The position numbers were made by a program, and so were the translations under genes. The notes below the pieces were generated by a model, which was not told where the DNA came from, ran no database searches, and saw only the letters and a program-made list of their open reading frames with translations. From contig OZ241875.1 of assembly GCA_965203325.1 (NCBI GenBank), positions 1,888,001-1,952,000 of the forward strand: 64,000 nt of DNA. The letters are read 5' to 3'. Numbering within the stretch: position 1 is the first letter of the stretch; each line of letters starts with the position of its first letter. The DNA is from a bacterium. Its GTDB lineage: Bacteria; UBA8248. This document shows positions 28,672 through 38,719 of this stretch, piece by piece.

Positions 28672-30123
28672 TCAGCTCCCCAGTTTCTCCCGGAGTATCT
28701 CCTGCAAGGCCTTGGGGTTGGCCTTGCCTCCGGTCGCCTTCATCGCCTGGCCGACGAAGAAACCCATGAGCTTCGTTCTTCCGCCCCGGTAGGCTTCGAC
28801 TTCTTCGGGGTTCGACGCGATCACATCATCCACGACGCTCTCGATGGCGCTCGTGTCCGTAATCTGCCTGAGTCCCTTCTCTTCCACGATGGCCTCGGGG
28901 TCCTTTCCGCTCTCCGCCATCTGGTCGAACACGGATTTCGCGATTTTCCCGCTGATGGTGCCGTCTGTGATGAGCGAGAGCATCCGGGCCAGCCGCTCGG
29001 GCGTTACAGGGCATTCCTCGATGGTGATCTTCCGTTCGTTCAACAGGCGCAACACGTCGCCCATCACCCAGTTGCTCGCCGCCTTGGCCTGTTCTTTTCC
29101 GGTCGCCGCAACGACCTGGTCGAAATAGGCGGCCAGTTCCTTCTCCGCCGTCAGCACTTCCGCATCGTATCGGGGGAGGCCGAACTCCTCCTGAAAGCGC
29201 TTGCTTTTGGCGTCGGGCAACTCCGGCAATTGCGCGCGGACTTCATCGAGCCATTTCGCATCCACGGTGAGCGGCACCAGATCGGGGTCCGGGAAATAGC
29301 GGTAGTCATGCGCGTATTCCTTCGACCGCATCCCCCGCGTCACGCCGCCAGATTCATCCCAAAGCCTGGTCTCCTGATGGATGGCGCCGCCGGCATCCAG
29401 GACTTCGCGCTGGCGCTTTTCTTCGTATTCGAGCGCGCGCCGAAGGTTTCTGAAAGAGTTCATGTTCTTGATTTCCACTTTCTCGCCGAATTTCTCCGAG
29501 CCTTGCGGCCTGAGGGAGATGTTGGCGTCGCAACGCAGGCTGCCTTCCTGCATGTTGCCGTCGGATATCCCCAGGTAGCGCACCAGGGTCCTGAGTTTCC
29601 GCATGTAGGATTCGGCGTCCTCGGGGTTTCTCAGTTCGGGCTCCGAGACGATTTCGAGCAGCGGCACGCCGGCGCGGTTGAGATCGGAATAAGAATGTTC
29701 CGGGTCTCCCAACTCGTCTCCATGAATCAGCTTGCCGGCGTCTTCTTCCATGTGGATTCTCGTGAGGTTGACGTTCACGTCCCGCCCGTCCCTGGTGACG
29801 AAATGAACGTTCCCCCCCGTGCAGATGGGCTCTTCGTATTGGCTGATTTGATATCCCTTGGGGAGGTCCGGATAGAAATAATGCTTTCGGGCGAACCGGC
29901 AGACCGGCGCAATCTCCGCCCCGACGGCCAGCCCGAGCCGCAGGGTGTATTCGATGACCTGCCGGTTCAAGACCGGCAGGACGCCGGGCAGCCCGAGGTC
30001 CACCGTGCAGGTATGTTCGTTCGGGCCTCCCCCGAACGCGGCGCTCGAGCCGCAGAATATCTTGCTTTCCGTATTCAGCTGGGCATGTACTTCAAGGCCT
30101 ATAACCGTTTCGTATGCCATCAT
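28672..30123 (-). CDS. gatB: Asp/Glu-tRNA amidotransferase subunit B
   Basis: IGLEVHAQL, YFYPDLPKGYQISQY, RIHMEEDAGK, LRCDANISLR, YRYFPDPDL. Confidence 0.98.
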   Translation of the reverse strand: MMAYETVIGLEVHAQLNTESKIFCGSSAAFGGGPNEHTCTVDLGLPGVLPVLNRQVIEYTLRLGLAVGAEIAPVCRFARKHYFYPDLPKGYQISQYEEPICTGGNVHFVTRDGRDVNVNLTRIHMEEDAGKLIHGDELGDPEHSYSDLNRAGVPLLEIVSEPELRNPEDAESYMRKLRTLVRYLGISDGNMQEGSLRCDANISLRPQGSEKFGEKVEIKNMNSFRNLRRALEYEEKRQREVLDAGGAIHQETRLWDESGGVTRGMRSKEYAHDYRYFPDPDLVPLTVDAKWLDEVRAQLPELPDAKSKRFQEEFGLPRYDAEVLTAEKELAAYFDQVVAATGKEQAKAASNWVMGDVLRLLNERKITIEECPVTPERLARMLSLITDGTISGKIAKSVFDQMAESGKDPEAIVEEKGLRQITDTSAIESVVDDVIASNPEEVEAYRGGRTKLMGFFVGQAMKATGGKANPKALQEILREKLGS

Positions 30124-30145
30124 CTCCCTCTATCGTTCATATGGT

Positions 30146-31618
30146 TCACAGCGGCGGGCGCGCTTCGTGGTGCGTCGTCGCGCTTTCGAACGCCGCCGCC
30201 GCTTGAAGAATCGTTTGTTCGGCAAAAGGTTTTCCGACCAGTTGAAGCCCTATCGGCAATCCTTCCGAGGTGAATCCGCAAGGCTGGCTGATGCCGGGAA
30301 GGCCGGCCAGGTTACACGGTATGGTCAGAATATCGGAGAGGTACATGCTGATGGGGTCATCGAGGCGCTCACCAATCTCGAAAGCGGGAGTCGGCGCCGT
30401 GGCCGACAGCACCACGTCGACGTTATCGAACGCGGTTTTGAAATCCCGGGAAATCAGTGTGCGGACTTTTTGCGCTTTCGTATAAAAGGCGTCGTAATAC
30501 CCGGAAGACAGCGCATAGGTGCCCAGCATGATGCGGCGTTTCACCTCATCGCCGAAGCCGGTTTTTCGGCTGGCCGCGTACATGCCGAACAGGGAACCGA
30601 ACGCGGAATCCCCTTCCTTGCGCACGCCGTAGCGGACCCCGTCGTAGCGCGCCAGATTGCTGCTCGCCTCCGCGGGGGCGAGGATGTAATAGACAGGCAG
30701 GGCGTATTGGGTATGAGGGAGAGAAATTTCGAGAATTTCCGCTCCCTGCTCCTCGAAGACGGCAATCGCATCCTGAACCGCCGCCTCGACCTCGGGGTCC
30801 ATCCCCTCGATAAAGTATTCTTCGGGAATGCCGATCTTGAGACCCTGAACCCCGGCCTCGATATTTTCCGTGTAATCGGGGACCGGTTCATCGGCCGAAG
30901 TGGAATCACGGGAGTCGTGACCGCTGACGGCGCCCAGCAGGATGGCGGCGTCCCGGACATTTTTCGCAAACGGGCCGATCTGGTCGAGAGAGCTGGCGAA
31001 GGCGATGAGCCCATAGCGCGAGATGCGTCCGTACGTGGGCTTCATGCCCACGACGCCGCAGCAGGAGGCCGGCTGGCGTATGGAGCCCCCGGTATCCGAA
31101 CCCAGGGAGACGACGCAGGAGCGCGCCGCGACGGCGGCGGCGGACCCGCCGCTGCTTCCTCCCGGGGTGGTTTTCAGGTTCCATGGGTTGTGGGTCGGCC
31201 CGAACGCGCTTTGCTCGCACGACGAACCCATGGCGAATTCGTCCATGTTCAATTTGCCGAGGATGACCGCGCCCGCGTCCTTGAGCCGGGCCACGGCGGT
31301 GGCGTCGTACGGGGCTTCGAAATTCTCCAGAAACCGCGAAGCGCAAGTGGTCTTCGTGCCCTTCATGCAGAGAAGGTCCTTGACGGCCACGGGGACCCCG
31401 AGAAGGGGGGAATCGTCGTCGCCGGCGCCGATTTTCTGATCGGCGGCGCGGGCGGCGACGATGGCCTCGTCCTCGAGAACGCTCAAATAGGCATGCACCC
31501 TCGCTTCGGTTTCGTCGATGCGTTCGAGATAGGCCCTGGCCAGTTCCTCTGCGCTGAATTCTTTGGCTCTCAGGTTTTCTGCGATTTCCGCGACGCTCAG
31601 ATAAAGCAACTCGTTCAT
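30146..31618 (-). CDS. gatA: Asp/Glu-tRNA amidotransferase subunit A
   Basis: [56 protein letters not shown]. Confidence 0.97.
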   Translation of the reverse strand: MNELLYLSVAEIAENLRAKEFSAEELARAYLERIDETEARVHAYLSVLEDEAIVAARAADQKIGAGDDDSPLLGVPVAVKDLLCMKGTKTTCASRFLENFEAPYDATAVARLKDAGAVILGKLNMDEFAMGSSCEQSAFGPTHNPWNLKTTPGGSSGGSAAAVAARSCVVSLGSDTGGSIRQPASCCGVVGMKPTYGRISRYGLIAFASSLDQIGPFAKNVRDAAILLGAVSGHDSRDSTSADEPVPDYTENIEAGVQGLKIGIPEEYFIEGMDPEVEAAVQDAIAVFEEQGAEILEISLPHTQYALPVYYILAPAEASSNLARYDGVRYGVRKEGDSAFGSLFGMYAASRKTGFGDEVKRRIMLGTYALSSGYYDAFYTKAQKVRTLISRDFKTAFDNVDVVLSATAPTPAFEIGERLDDPISMYLSDILTIPCNLAGLPGISQPCGFTSEGLPIGLQLVGKPFAEQTILQAAAAFESATTHHEARPPL

Positions 31619-31806
31619 TCGCACTCCTCGTCGATGTGTCCGTCAATACGCATTGCTTCGGGAGAAAACACCACGGGCGGACGGCTCGTCAAACCCGGCC
31701 CCCCGGAATCTTCATCGGGGCATCGGAAAAAAGCCGCTCCCGGCGAGAGGGGCCCGGCATTCGATACGCCTCCTTGCCCGCCTGGACCCGAGCGTTCGTT
31801 TTTTCC

Positions 31807-32559
31807 TCATGGGCGCCGGAGCAGAAAAGTGGCGTAGCCGAGAAACTGCCTGCCACCGCCGTCGTGGTATATCTCGAGGTCCCGTTGCCATCCATCGAGC
31901 GTATCCTGGGCTTCGAGCGAGTCCGCATATTCGAGCCGGTTCTCGATAATGGCGCGGGCTTGCGGGGCAAGAAAAGTTTCCCAGGCGTTCTCCGATTCGT
32001 GTTCCACGAATTCGACGCCGTATCCCTGTTCCGTAAAGTGGCCCCGGAATTCCTCCACGTCAATCGGTTCGCAGGGAAGGTAGGCGTCGAGCCATCTCGC
32101 CAGCCGTTCAGAGTCGCCGTCTTCATCTTCGGGTTTCCAGACCAGGCCGGAGAAGGCGATCCATCCCCCGGGCTTCACTATCCGGGTCAAGCTCCTCAGC
32201 TTGCCCGTGCCGTTCGAGGGGTAAGCGGGTCCGCACAAAAGCGCCAGATCAAAATAATCGTCATCGAAGGGAAAATCATCGCTCGAATGCGTCAGCAAGT
32301 CGATGAGATGGGACAAATCTTCGAACAGAATTCGCCGTCTTCCGTCTTCCACGAACTCGGGGCGATCATCGAGGCCGATTGCCGAACATCCGAACATCCG
32401 CGCGAGCGAAATGACGCTCCCGCCCTTGCCGCACGATGCGTCGAAAACCTGAAAATCCGCCGACAAGCCGATATGCTCGCCAATCTTTTTGAGCGTGCTT
32501 ACCGAGATGGGAACGAGGAAATGATTGTGCTTGAAACGCTCGAACAGGTCGGGTTGCAT
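31807..32559 (-). CDS. Class I SAM-dependent methyltransferase
   Basis: VFDASCGKG motif I, FPFDDDYFD, IVKPGGWI. Confidence 0.8.
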   Translation of the reverse strand: MQPDLFERFKHNHFLVPISVSTLKKIGEHIGLSADFQVFDASCGKGGSVISLARMFGCSAIGLDDRPEFVEDGRRRILFEDLSHLIDLLTHSSDDFPFDDDYFDLALLCGPAYPSNGTGKLRSLTRIVKPGGWIAFSGLVWKPEDEDGDSERLARWLDAYLPCEPIDVEEFRGHFTEQGYGVEFVEHESENAWETFLAPQARAIIENRLEYADSLEAQDTLDGWQRDLEIYHDGGGRQFLGYATFLLRRP

Positions 32560-32718
32560 GAAGCGGGCTTGAAAGAGAGCTAAAAAATCGAGAGGCCGAT
32601 TAAATCGAGCATCAGGATAATCGTGCTCAAGCCCAGGATTCCACCAATGATGAGGGCGAACAATCCGAAAAGTTTTCCGTATACCATGACTGCTTTCTCC
32701 CAACGATTAGAACAACGG

Positions 32719-33642
32719 CTATTTCTTTTTGCCTTTCCCCTTCGCGGACGTCCTGGCAGGCTGCGACTTGCTGATCTGCATGAACACCTTGCCGTCCTTC
32801 AATACAGTAACACTTCCCGTCGACTCGCTGATAGCGAACGATATGGCCGTGCTTACTTCCGTTATACCCGCTCCGGCCATATGACGCGAACCCAGCCCGG
32901 GGGGCAAATCATTCTCGGGCGCCGCGTTCAGGTGCCTGCCGGCGGCTTCGATGATCCCGTCTCCCCGGATGACGAATGCGCCGTCGATGGCGCTGAACTC
33001 CTTGATGGTCTCGCGCAGGGCCGGGTCCATGATGTTTCTCTGCTCTTCCGGGTATCCATGAAAGGGGTTGATGACGAGTTGGCGTGAATACTGCAGCACC
33101 AGATCATGGTCTCCCAGAACGAAAAGCGCGCCGCGGGGCTTTCCCTCCCGCCCTTCGGCGCCGAGTTCGAGAGCGAGCGACAAGACCGTCTCGAACACCT
33201 TCGGGTCTACGCCTTCGACGGCGCTTTGCGTTTCCGATGTCTGGAGCATTTCTTTTTCGCGGTCCAGATGAAAGACCATGAGCGTGTCGATTTCTTCGTT
33301 CTCCGGCAAGCCCGAGAGGCAAACTACGGTGTCGTTCTGTGTGATGGAGCCTTCGCTCAAGGCGATCACGACGCCCATCTTGATGATGTCGATCCGGTTC
33401 AGGGACAGGGCGGGCAATTGCATGACCTTGCAACCCCGCTTTTCCAATTCCTCGTAGAGGTCGGGGGAGCAGGTGGTGGTGAAATGCTCCACGCCGACGG
33501 GGAGGTCCATCAAGGCGTCCAGATCCTTCATCGCGTCCGCATGAATGAAAACGGCCTTGGCTTCGAGTTCGTTGCAGATTTGCGAAGCCGCGGCGATGAT
33601 GCTTTCGCTGAGGCCGGCTTGTTTTTCGGCCGCTTCTCTCAC
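32719..33642 (-). CDS. Diadenylate cyclase (DisA_N/DAC domain) with N-terminal extra domain, DacZ-like
   Basis: EGREGKPRGALFV, IDGAFVI (DGA), GLGSRHMA, ISESTGSVTV. Confidence 0.85.
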   Translation of the reverse strand: MREAAEKQAGLSESIIAAASQICNELEAKAVFIHADAMKDLDALMDLPVGVEHFTTTCSPDLYEELEKRGCKVMQLPALSLNRIDIIKMGVVIALSEGSITQNDTVVCLSGLPENEEIDTLMVFHLDREKEMLQTSETQSAVEGVDPKVFETVLSLALELGAEGREGKPRGALFVLGDHDLVLQYSRQLVINPFHGYPEEQRNIMDPALRETIKEFSAIDGAFVIRGDGIIEAAGRHLNAAPENDLPPGLGSRHMAGAGITEVSTAISFAISESTGSVTVLKDGKVFMQISKSQPARTSAKGKGKKK

Positions 33643-33644
33643 CC

Positions 33645-35117
33645 TTATCCCTTTCCTTCCAGCGCCACGTAGAACGTCGTGCCCCGCCGCTCGACCACCA
33701 GCAGATTTCCCTTGTTTTTTCCTTTTTTCAACGCTTCCCGCAACTGTTCCGTATCGGCGATCGCCTTGCGGTTGGCCTCGATGATGACGTCGCCCCGGCG
33801 CAGACCGGCTGCTGCCGCGGGGCTGTCGGGCATTACGTTGGTGATGACGACGCCCTTCTTCGCCTTCGCCCCGACTTGCTTTTTGACCTCGGGCGTCAGT
33901 TTTTGCCCCTCGATGCCCAGATCCTTCTGGAGCGTGGGTTTCGTCGCTTTCGCCATTTCTTCTTTCGAACCGGGCAGCCTGGCGACTTTCAGCTTGACCT
34001 CGCGTTTTGCGCCGTCCCGAATGATGCCGACTTCGGCGGTGGAACCCGGCTTCAAGTCGGCCGCGGTCATGGAGAGTTGACGGGGGGTTTTAATTTTTTT
34101 CTCGTTGATGCTTACGATCACGTCGCCTCTTTTGATGCCGGCTTTTTCCGCGGGCGCGTTTTCAATCACATTGGAGACCAAAGCGCCGTGCGTATCCTTC
34201 AGGCCCAATCCCTTCGCCAGACTCTCGTTGACGGGTTGAATGGACACGCCCAGGAATCCGCGGGTCACCACGCCCGTGCGAAGCTGGGGGAGCAGCTTTT
34301 TGGCCATGTTGATCGGTATGGCGAAACCGATGCCAATATTTCCGCCGCTTCTGCTGAAAATGGCGGTGTTGATGCCCACGACGTTTCCGTTCAAATCGAA
34401 GAGGGGCCCGCCGCTGTTTCCCGGATTGATGGAGGCGTCGGTTTGAATGAAGTCGTCGAACCGGCCCGATCCGATGACGCGCCCCTTGGCGCTCACGATC
34501 CCGGCCGTCACCGTGTGGGATAATCCGAACGGATTTCCGATGGCCATCACCCAGTCGCCCACGCGAAGTTTTTCGCTGTCCCCGAGCTTGAGCGCAGTGA
34601 ACGTATCTCCGGGTTTCGTTTCTATCTGGAGCAGCGCGATGTCGGTTTGGGAATCTCGGCCCACGACTTTCGCTTTTCGCTTCTTCTGATCCTGGAAGCG
34701 GATCGTGATTCGGGACGCTTTTTCGACGACGTGGTTGTTCGTGAGGATCAGGCCCTTCTCGCTCACGATAAAGCCCGATCCCTGGCTCTGCTGTCTGGGC
34801 TGCGGCCGCGAACGGCCGCGAGGTCCGGGGCCGAAGGGGCCTTCATGGAAACGCCGGAAAAATTCGTTCCACATATCACCGGGAAATCCCGGGAACTGGC
34901 TTCCCGAACTCGCTTCCACCCTGGTTTCCGTACTGATGTTCACCACCGAGGGGCTGAGTTTTTCGACCAGTCCGGCCAGGGACGGTAGTTTCCCTGCACT
35001 GACTGCGGACTGGGCGTTCGCCGGCGCGAAAAACAGGGCCAGACCCAGGAACGTCGCGGCGAGAACGCAGGTGGAACGCACCGATTTGAATTTTGGAAGA
35101 TAAAGAGTATTCCGCAT
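33645..35117 (-). CDS. degP: HtrA/DegP (Do) serine protease with two PDZ domains
   Basis: TNNHVV, TDIALL, QTDASINPGNSGGPL; signal peptide. Confidence 0.9.
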   Translation of the reverse strand: MRNTLYLPKFKSVRSTCVLAATFLGLALFFAPANAQSAVSAGKLPSLAGLVEKLSPSVVNISTETRVEASSGSQFPGFPGDMWNEFFRRFHEGPFGPGPRGRSRPQPRQQSQGSGFIVSEKGLILTNNHVVEKASRITIRFQDQKKRKAKVVGRDSQTDIALLQIETKPGDTFTALKLGDSEKLRVGDWVMAIGNPFGLSHTVTAGIVSAKGRVIGSGRFDDFIQTDASINPGNSGGPLFDLNGNVVGINTAIFSRSGGNIGIGFAIPINMAKKLLPQLRTGVVTRGFLGVSIQPVNESLAKGLGLKDTHGALVSNVIENAPAEKAGIKRGDVIVSINEKKIKTPRQLSMTAADLKPGSTAEVGIIRDGAKREVKLKVARLPGSKEEMAKATKPTLQKDLGIEGQKLTPEVKKQVGAKAKKGVVITNVMPDSPAAAAGLRRGDVIIEANRKAIADTEQLREALKKGKNKGNLLVVERRGTTFYVALEGKG

Positions 35118-35325
35118 TTTTCCCCTTCTCCATACATCAAATGCGACGGCGGCGACAAACACCACATCACTGGTTTTAGATATACCAAAGTTCCATCCAT
35201 GTGAAAATCGACAAATAGCTGAAAAAAGCTTGATTATCGCTTTCATCGCGGTTGGTGCGGATGAAAAGGGGCGATTCCCCGCTGTTCGCATCGACGCGGG
35301 GCGGGTGGAGGGATATTCTCTCCGT

Positions 35326-35635
35326 GGGGTTGTTGAAAAAATCCGTAAGGGATGGTTTGACCCGACAAATCCGGGAAGGCGTGGCAAATCCGCTTTTGAT
35401 CGTCATTCCGGCATGTCTCGGAATGACGGCAATCCCGGCATTACAGGGTTTTTGAACAACCCCTTGACAGGGGTAAAGGCAACCCCCCCTACCCCCCCTT
35501 GTCAGGGGGGCAAGAAAAAGCAAAACCCCCTCGGCCCGGCGGGGGCGAATCGTCTTTTTATACCCCCCTGACAAGGGGGGGTAGGGGGGGTTGGTTTTAT
35601 GGGGTTTCCCTTTCAGGGACTTTTTCAACACCCCC
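35326..35635. repeat. Composite palindromic repeat mosaic (IS-like GTTGAAAAA/TTTTTCAAC ends, GTCATTCC hairpin, CCCCCCTACCCCCCCTTGTCAGGGGG inverted repeat)
   Basis: Inverted repeats at 35326/35449-35463, 35401-35428 and 35481-35592. Confidence 0.75.
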
Positions 35636-35698
35636 TCCCTCGTCTGTGAGAAAACCGCCCAGGCCTCACCCGGGAGAGTTTTTGGAAACGATGAGCGT

Positions 35699-36574
35699 AT
35701 GAGTCTTGAATCCCAAACCATTCTACTGGCCATTTCGGCGGCTTTCGTGAGCGCGGCGACCAACATCACCTTCGCGCCCGCCCTGCGGCAGATGGGTTCG
35801 TTCGCGCTCGCCCAGTTCAACAACCTGGGCAACACCCTCATGCTGGGGGCCATCGGTTTCTGGCTCTACGAGGCGGGGAGTTTCCGCTGGGAGGCGTTCG
35901 CCTGGTTCGGCGTTCTGGGCGTGATGAACTACAGCATCAACCGCTGGGTCTTCTACACCGGCATGAACATCGTCGGCCCCGCGCGCCACATCACCATCAC
36001 GAGCATGGTCCCGCTTCCCAGCCTGATTCTGGCCGTCGTCTTCCTGGGAGAAGAACCCGGCCGGTGGGTGGTGCTCGGCACGGTTCTCGTCGTCTTCGGC
36101 ATCGCCGCCGTGAGCTACGAACCCTCGGGCGGAAGATGGTTCCGCGCGGGCGTCGGCTGGTCGCTCATGAGCATGCTCATGCTGGTCGCAAGCGCCTTCA
36201 TGCGCAAGCAGGGCATGTCGTACATGGCGGCGCCCGCCCTGCTCACGGCGTGGTCGGCCATGGTCGCCATACCGACTTCCGAGGCCTTCCGGCATTTTCT
36301 CCCGAAGCGTTATTTCGAGTGGGGCTCGAAGCGCTATCTTCCGCTGCTGATCTTCGGAACGATCATCAACGGGCTGATGCAGATACTCATCAACCTCTCG
36401 CTCAAGGGAAAGCTCTCGCTCGCGGTTCCCATCTTGAGCAGCACGCCGATTTTCGCCTTGTGCCTCTCGGCCCTGTTCCTGCGAAAGATCGAACGCCTGA
36501 ACGCGCGCGTGGTGTTCGGCATACTCATCGCCGTGCTGGGCATCGTGGCGGTGAGCATCGGGCGGCACGGTTAG
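35699..36574 (+). CDS. EamA/DMT family transporter
   Basis: About 10 TM segments, two EamA repeats, FLGE motif. Confidence 0.88.
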   Translation: MSLESQTILLAISAAFVSAATNITFAPALRQMGSFALAQFNNLGNTLMLGAIGFWLYEAGSFRWEAFAWFGVLGVMNYSINRWVFYTGMNIVGPARHITITSMVPLPSLILAVVFLGEEPGRWVVLGTVLVVFGIAAVSYEPSGGRWFRAGVGWSLMSMLMLVASAFMRKQGMSYMAAPALLTAWSAMVAIPTSEAFRHFLPKRYFEWGSKRYLPLLIFGTIINGLMQILINLSLKGKLSLAVPILSSTPIFALCLSALFLRKIERLNARVVFGILIAVLGIVAVSIGRHG

Positions 36575-36580
36575 GCGGCC

Positions 36581-37450
36581 ATGGACAACACGATGGGGAT
36601 CGTCTGGGCGCTGGCCGCGGCGAGCATGGCGGCGTTCACGGGCGTTCTCGCCGCGCGGCCCCTGCGGCACATGGGCCTGATGTCCGCGACCCTGCTCACC
36701 AACGTCTTCAACATGCTCGTTCTGGCCCTTTTCGGCTGGTGGGAATACGACCCTGCGGACGTGACGCTCGAGGGACTGCTCTGGTTCGCCCTTCTGGGCG
36801 TCACCGCCTACAGCTACGGGCGGCTGGTGTATTACAAGGCGATCGACTCCATCGGCCCGCCGAGGCTGATGACGCTCATGAGTACGTCCCCGCTGCTCAG
36901 CCTGTCTCTGGCCGTCCTGTTCCTGGGCGAGCAGCCCGGCCCGGCCGTTCTCGCGGGCACGGGCCTCGTGGTGGCGGGCGTCATCCTGGTGAGCTACGAA
37001 CCCGCCAAAGGGCGCTGGTTCCAGCCGGCGATTCTCTGGGGTTTCGCGAGCGCCGTCTCGCTCGGCGTGAGCGTGTTCATCCGCAAGAAGGGCCTCGACG
37101 CCATGCCGAACGTCGCCCTCACGGTGGCGTGGTCGAACATGGTGAGCATCCCCATCATCTACAGCTTGAGATACATCACCCCGCCCGCGCTGTTCGACTG
37201 GGGGCCGCGCTGGGCGGTCGTGACCATCATCGTGGTCGGCGTGCTGAACTCGGGCAACCAGCTCCTCTACAACCTCGCCATCATCAACGCCGAGGTCAGC
37301 GTCGTTGGCCCCATCATCGCCTCGATGCCGATCTTCTCGGTCATCTTCACCGTCCTCATGCTGCGTGACATGACGCGCGTGCGGCCCCGCCTCGTCGCGG
37401 GCGTATGCGTCACGGTGGCGGGGATGATCGCCGTCGCGCTGGGGCGTTGA
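36581..37450 (+). CDS. EamA/DMT family transporter (tandem paralog)
   Basis: About 10 TM segments, FLGEQ, VSYEP..GRWF shared with the upstream gene. Confidence 0.88.
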   Translation: MDNTMGIVWALAAASMAAFTGVLAARPLRHMGLMSATLLTNVFNMLVLALFGWWEYDPADVTLEGLLWFALLGVTAYSYGRLVYYKAIDSIGPPRLMTLMSTSPLLSLSLAVLFLGEQPGPAVLAGTGLVVAGVILVSYEPAKGRWFQPAILWGFASAVSLGVSVFIRKKGLDAMPNVALTVAWSNMVSIPIIYSLRYITPPALFDWGPRWAVVTIIVVGVLNSGNQLLYNLAIINAEVSVVGPIIASMPIFSVIFTVLMLRDMTRVRPRLVAGVCVTVAGMIAVALGR

Positions 37451-37720
37451 GGGGCGGAACAAAAACGCCGCAGGCTCACTCCGGCGGGCCGGCGCTTCAT
37501 GCACGGTTGCACTCGCTCACCACTTCCTGGAACCGCGCAGGGTTTCGCCGCCGAACTCATGACTCAACCGGAGATGAAGCATGAAGAGCTAGAGTTTTTC
37601 TTGCAATTAGCGGGTGATATCCGTCTGATGTTTTTCTCTTTTCCTCACCCTGAGTAGCGGCGAAAGTAAAACGCGACTAAGAAGGGGTCGTTGAAAAAGC
37701 CCCTCGATGCGAGAAAACCA

Positions 37721-37940
37721 CCGTCATTCCGGCGAAAGCCGGAATCCATTTTATGATTTTTACTTTCAGTTTTCGCATTTGACTCCGACTCGCGAGAAGG
37801 AGCGTCATGCCCGAATCCGGAACGGATGAGGCGGATATATATGGCGGCGTCCGTATCTCCCCCGGTCGGGAGAGAGGACGTCCAGCCGAAAGGCCAAAGA
37901 CAAAGGCGAAAATGGATTCCGGCTTTCGCCGGAATGACGG
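37721..37940. mobile_element. About 220-bp MITE/REPIN-like element, copy 1
   Basis: About 30-bp terminal inverted repeats CGTCATTCCGGCGAAAGCCGGAATCCATTTT; interior homologous to 56165-56379. Confidence 0.75.
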
Positions 37941-38015
37941 CGGTGGTCAAAACCGAGCGAGAAGCGAGGTTTTGCGGACCGCTGATATCCTGCTCCGCCT
38001 ACAATCGCTCCTTCA

Positions 38016-38150
38016 TCAGGAACACCCTCCCTTAGCTTCGGCGACCGTCCAGACTCGGCGGGACTTGGGATGTCGTTCGCTCATGGCTCCTTCAAATGAA
38101 AAAACACAGTCCAATGCAGACTATATTATTAGTCGGCGTCAAACGGGGAA
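38016..38150 (-). pseudogene. Truncated duplicate of the Phd-like antitoxin 5' end and its promoter
   Basis: Reads MSERHPKSRRVWTVAEAK then diverges and stops; DNA similar to 41531-41645. Confidence 0.75.
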
Positions 38151-38212
38151 TGCGCGGGGCCGCGGGCCGGCGAAAAAAGTCTGTTCGACGTCCCTCTCCG
38201 AGAAACCTGCTG

Positions 38213-38719
38213 TCAGGTAGCCACTCCGCCGGATCCCAGAACAAACCTCGCTCCTTCCCGGCGCAACATCGTGTATGGGTTCACGCAGCGGAGGCCTAAA
38301 CTGACGCAGGCAGTTGGAATCTTGATTTGCCTGGTCGTATCGGCAGGCACTTCATGTGTGACGACGATACAACCATGCGCCAGCGCATGGGAGATGAGCC
38401 AGTAGTCGGCGACCTGAAGAAACGTGGCGATGGCAGCGGGCTCATAGTCTTGATTGCTCGCCCATTCGCTGACGGTACGGAGAGAAGGCAAAACGGCATC
38501 ATCCGGCTTCAAGAAGAAAGTATCATTTCGCGCCTCGGCCCATTGGGTCAATTCGTCCTGGCCTGCATACAGTTCGTCCCCGACCTTCTCGACACTCGCC
38601 ACCTTCCCGGCGAGATTCTGCTCATCCAGCCATTGCCAAAACGCCGGACAGAAATCGAACCCGTAATGCAGATTCTTGGCCTGGATAAAGACGTTTGCAT
38701 CGAGAAGGTAATCGATCAT
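38213..38719 (-). CDS. DUF4411 family PIN-like protein
   Basis: YLLDANVFIQAKNLHYGFDFCPAFW, ADYWLI..A, VVTHE, KIP..C. Confidence 0.85.
   Translation of the reverse strand: MIDYLLDANVFIQAKNLHYGFDFCPAFWQWLDEQNLAGKVASVEKVGDELYAGQDELTQWAEARNDTFFLKPDDAVLPSLRTVSEWASNQDYEPAAIATFLQVADYWLISHALAHGCIVVTHEVPADTTRQIKIPTACVSLGLRCVNPYTMLRREGARFVLGSGGVAT

Noticed and set aside
37645..38220. Short ORFs with VIPAKAGIH / MDSGFRRND or PPTPPCQGG peptides (also near 28505, 35230, 56094, 58082)
   Set aside because: Translations of palindromic repeat elements, not genes
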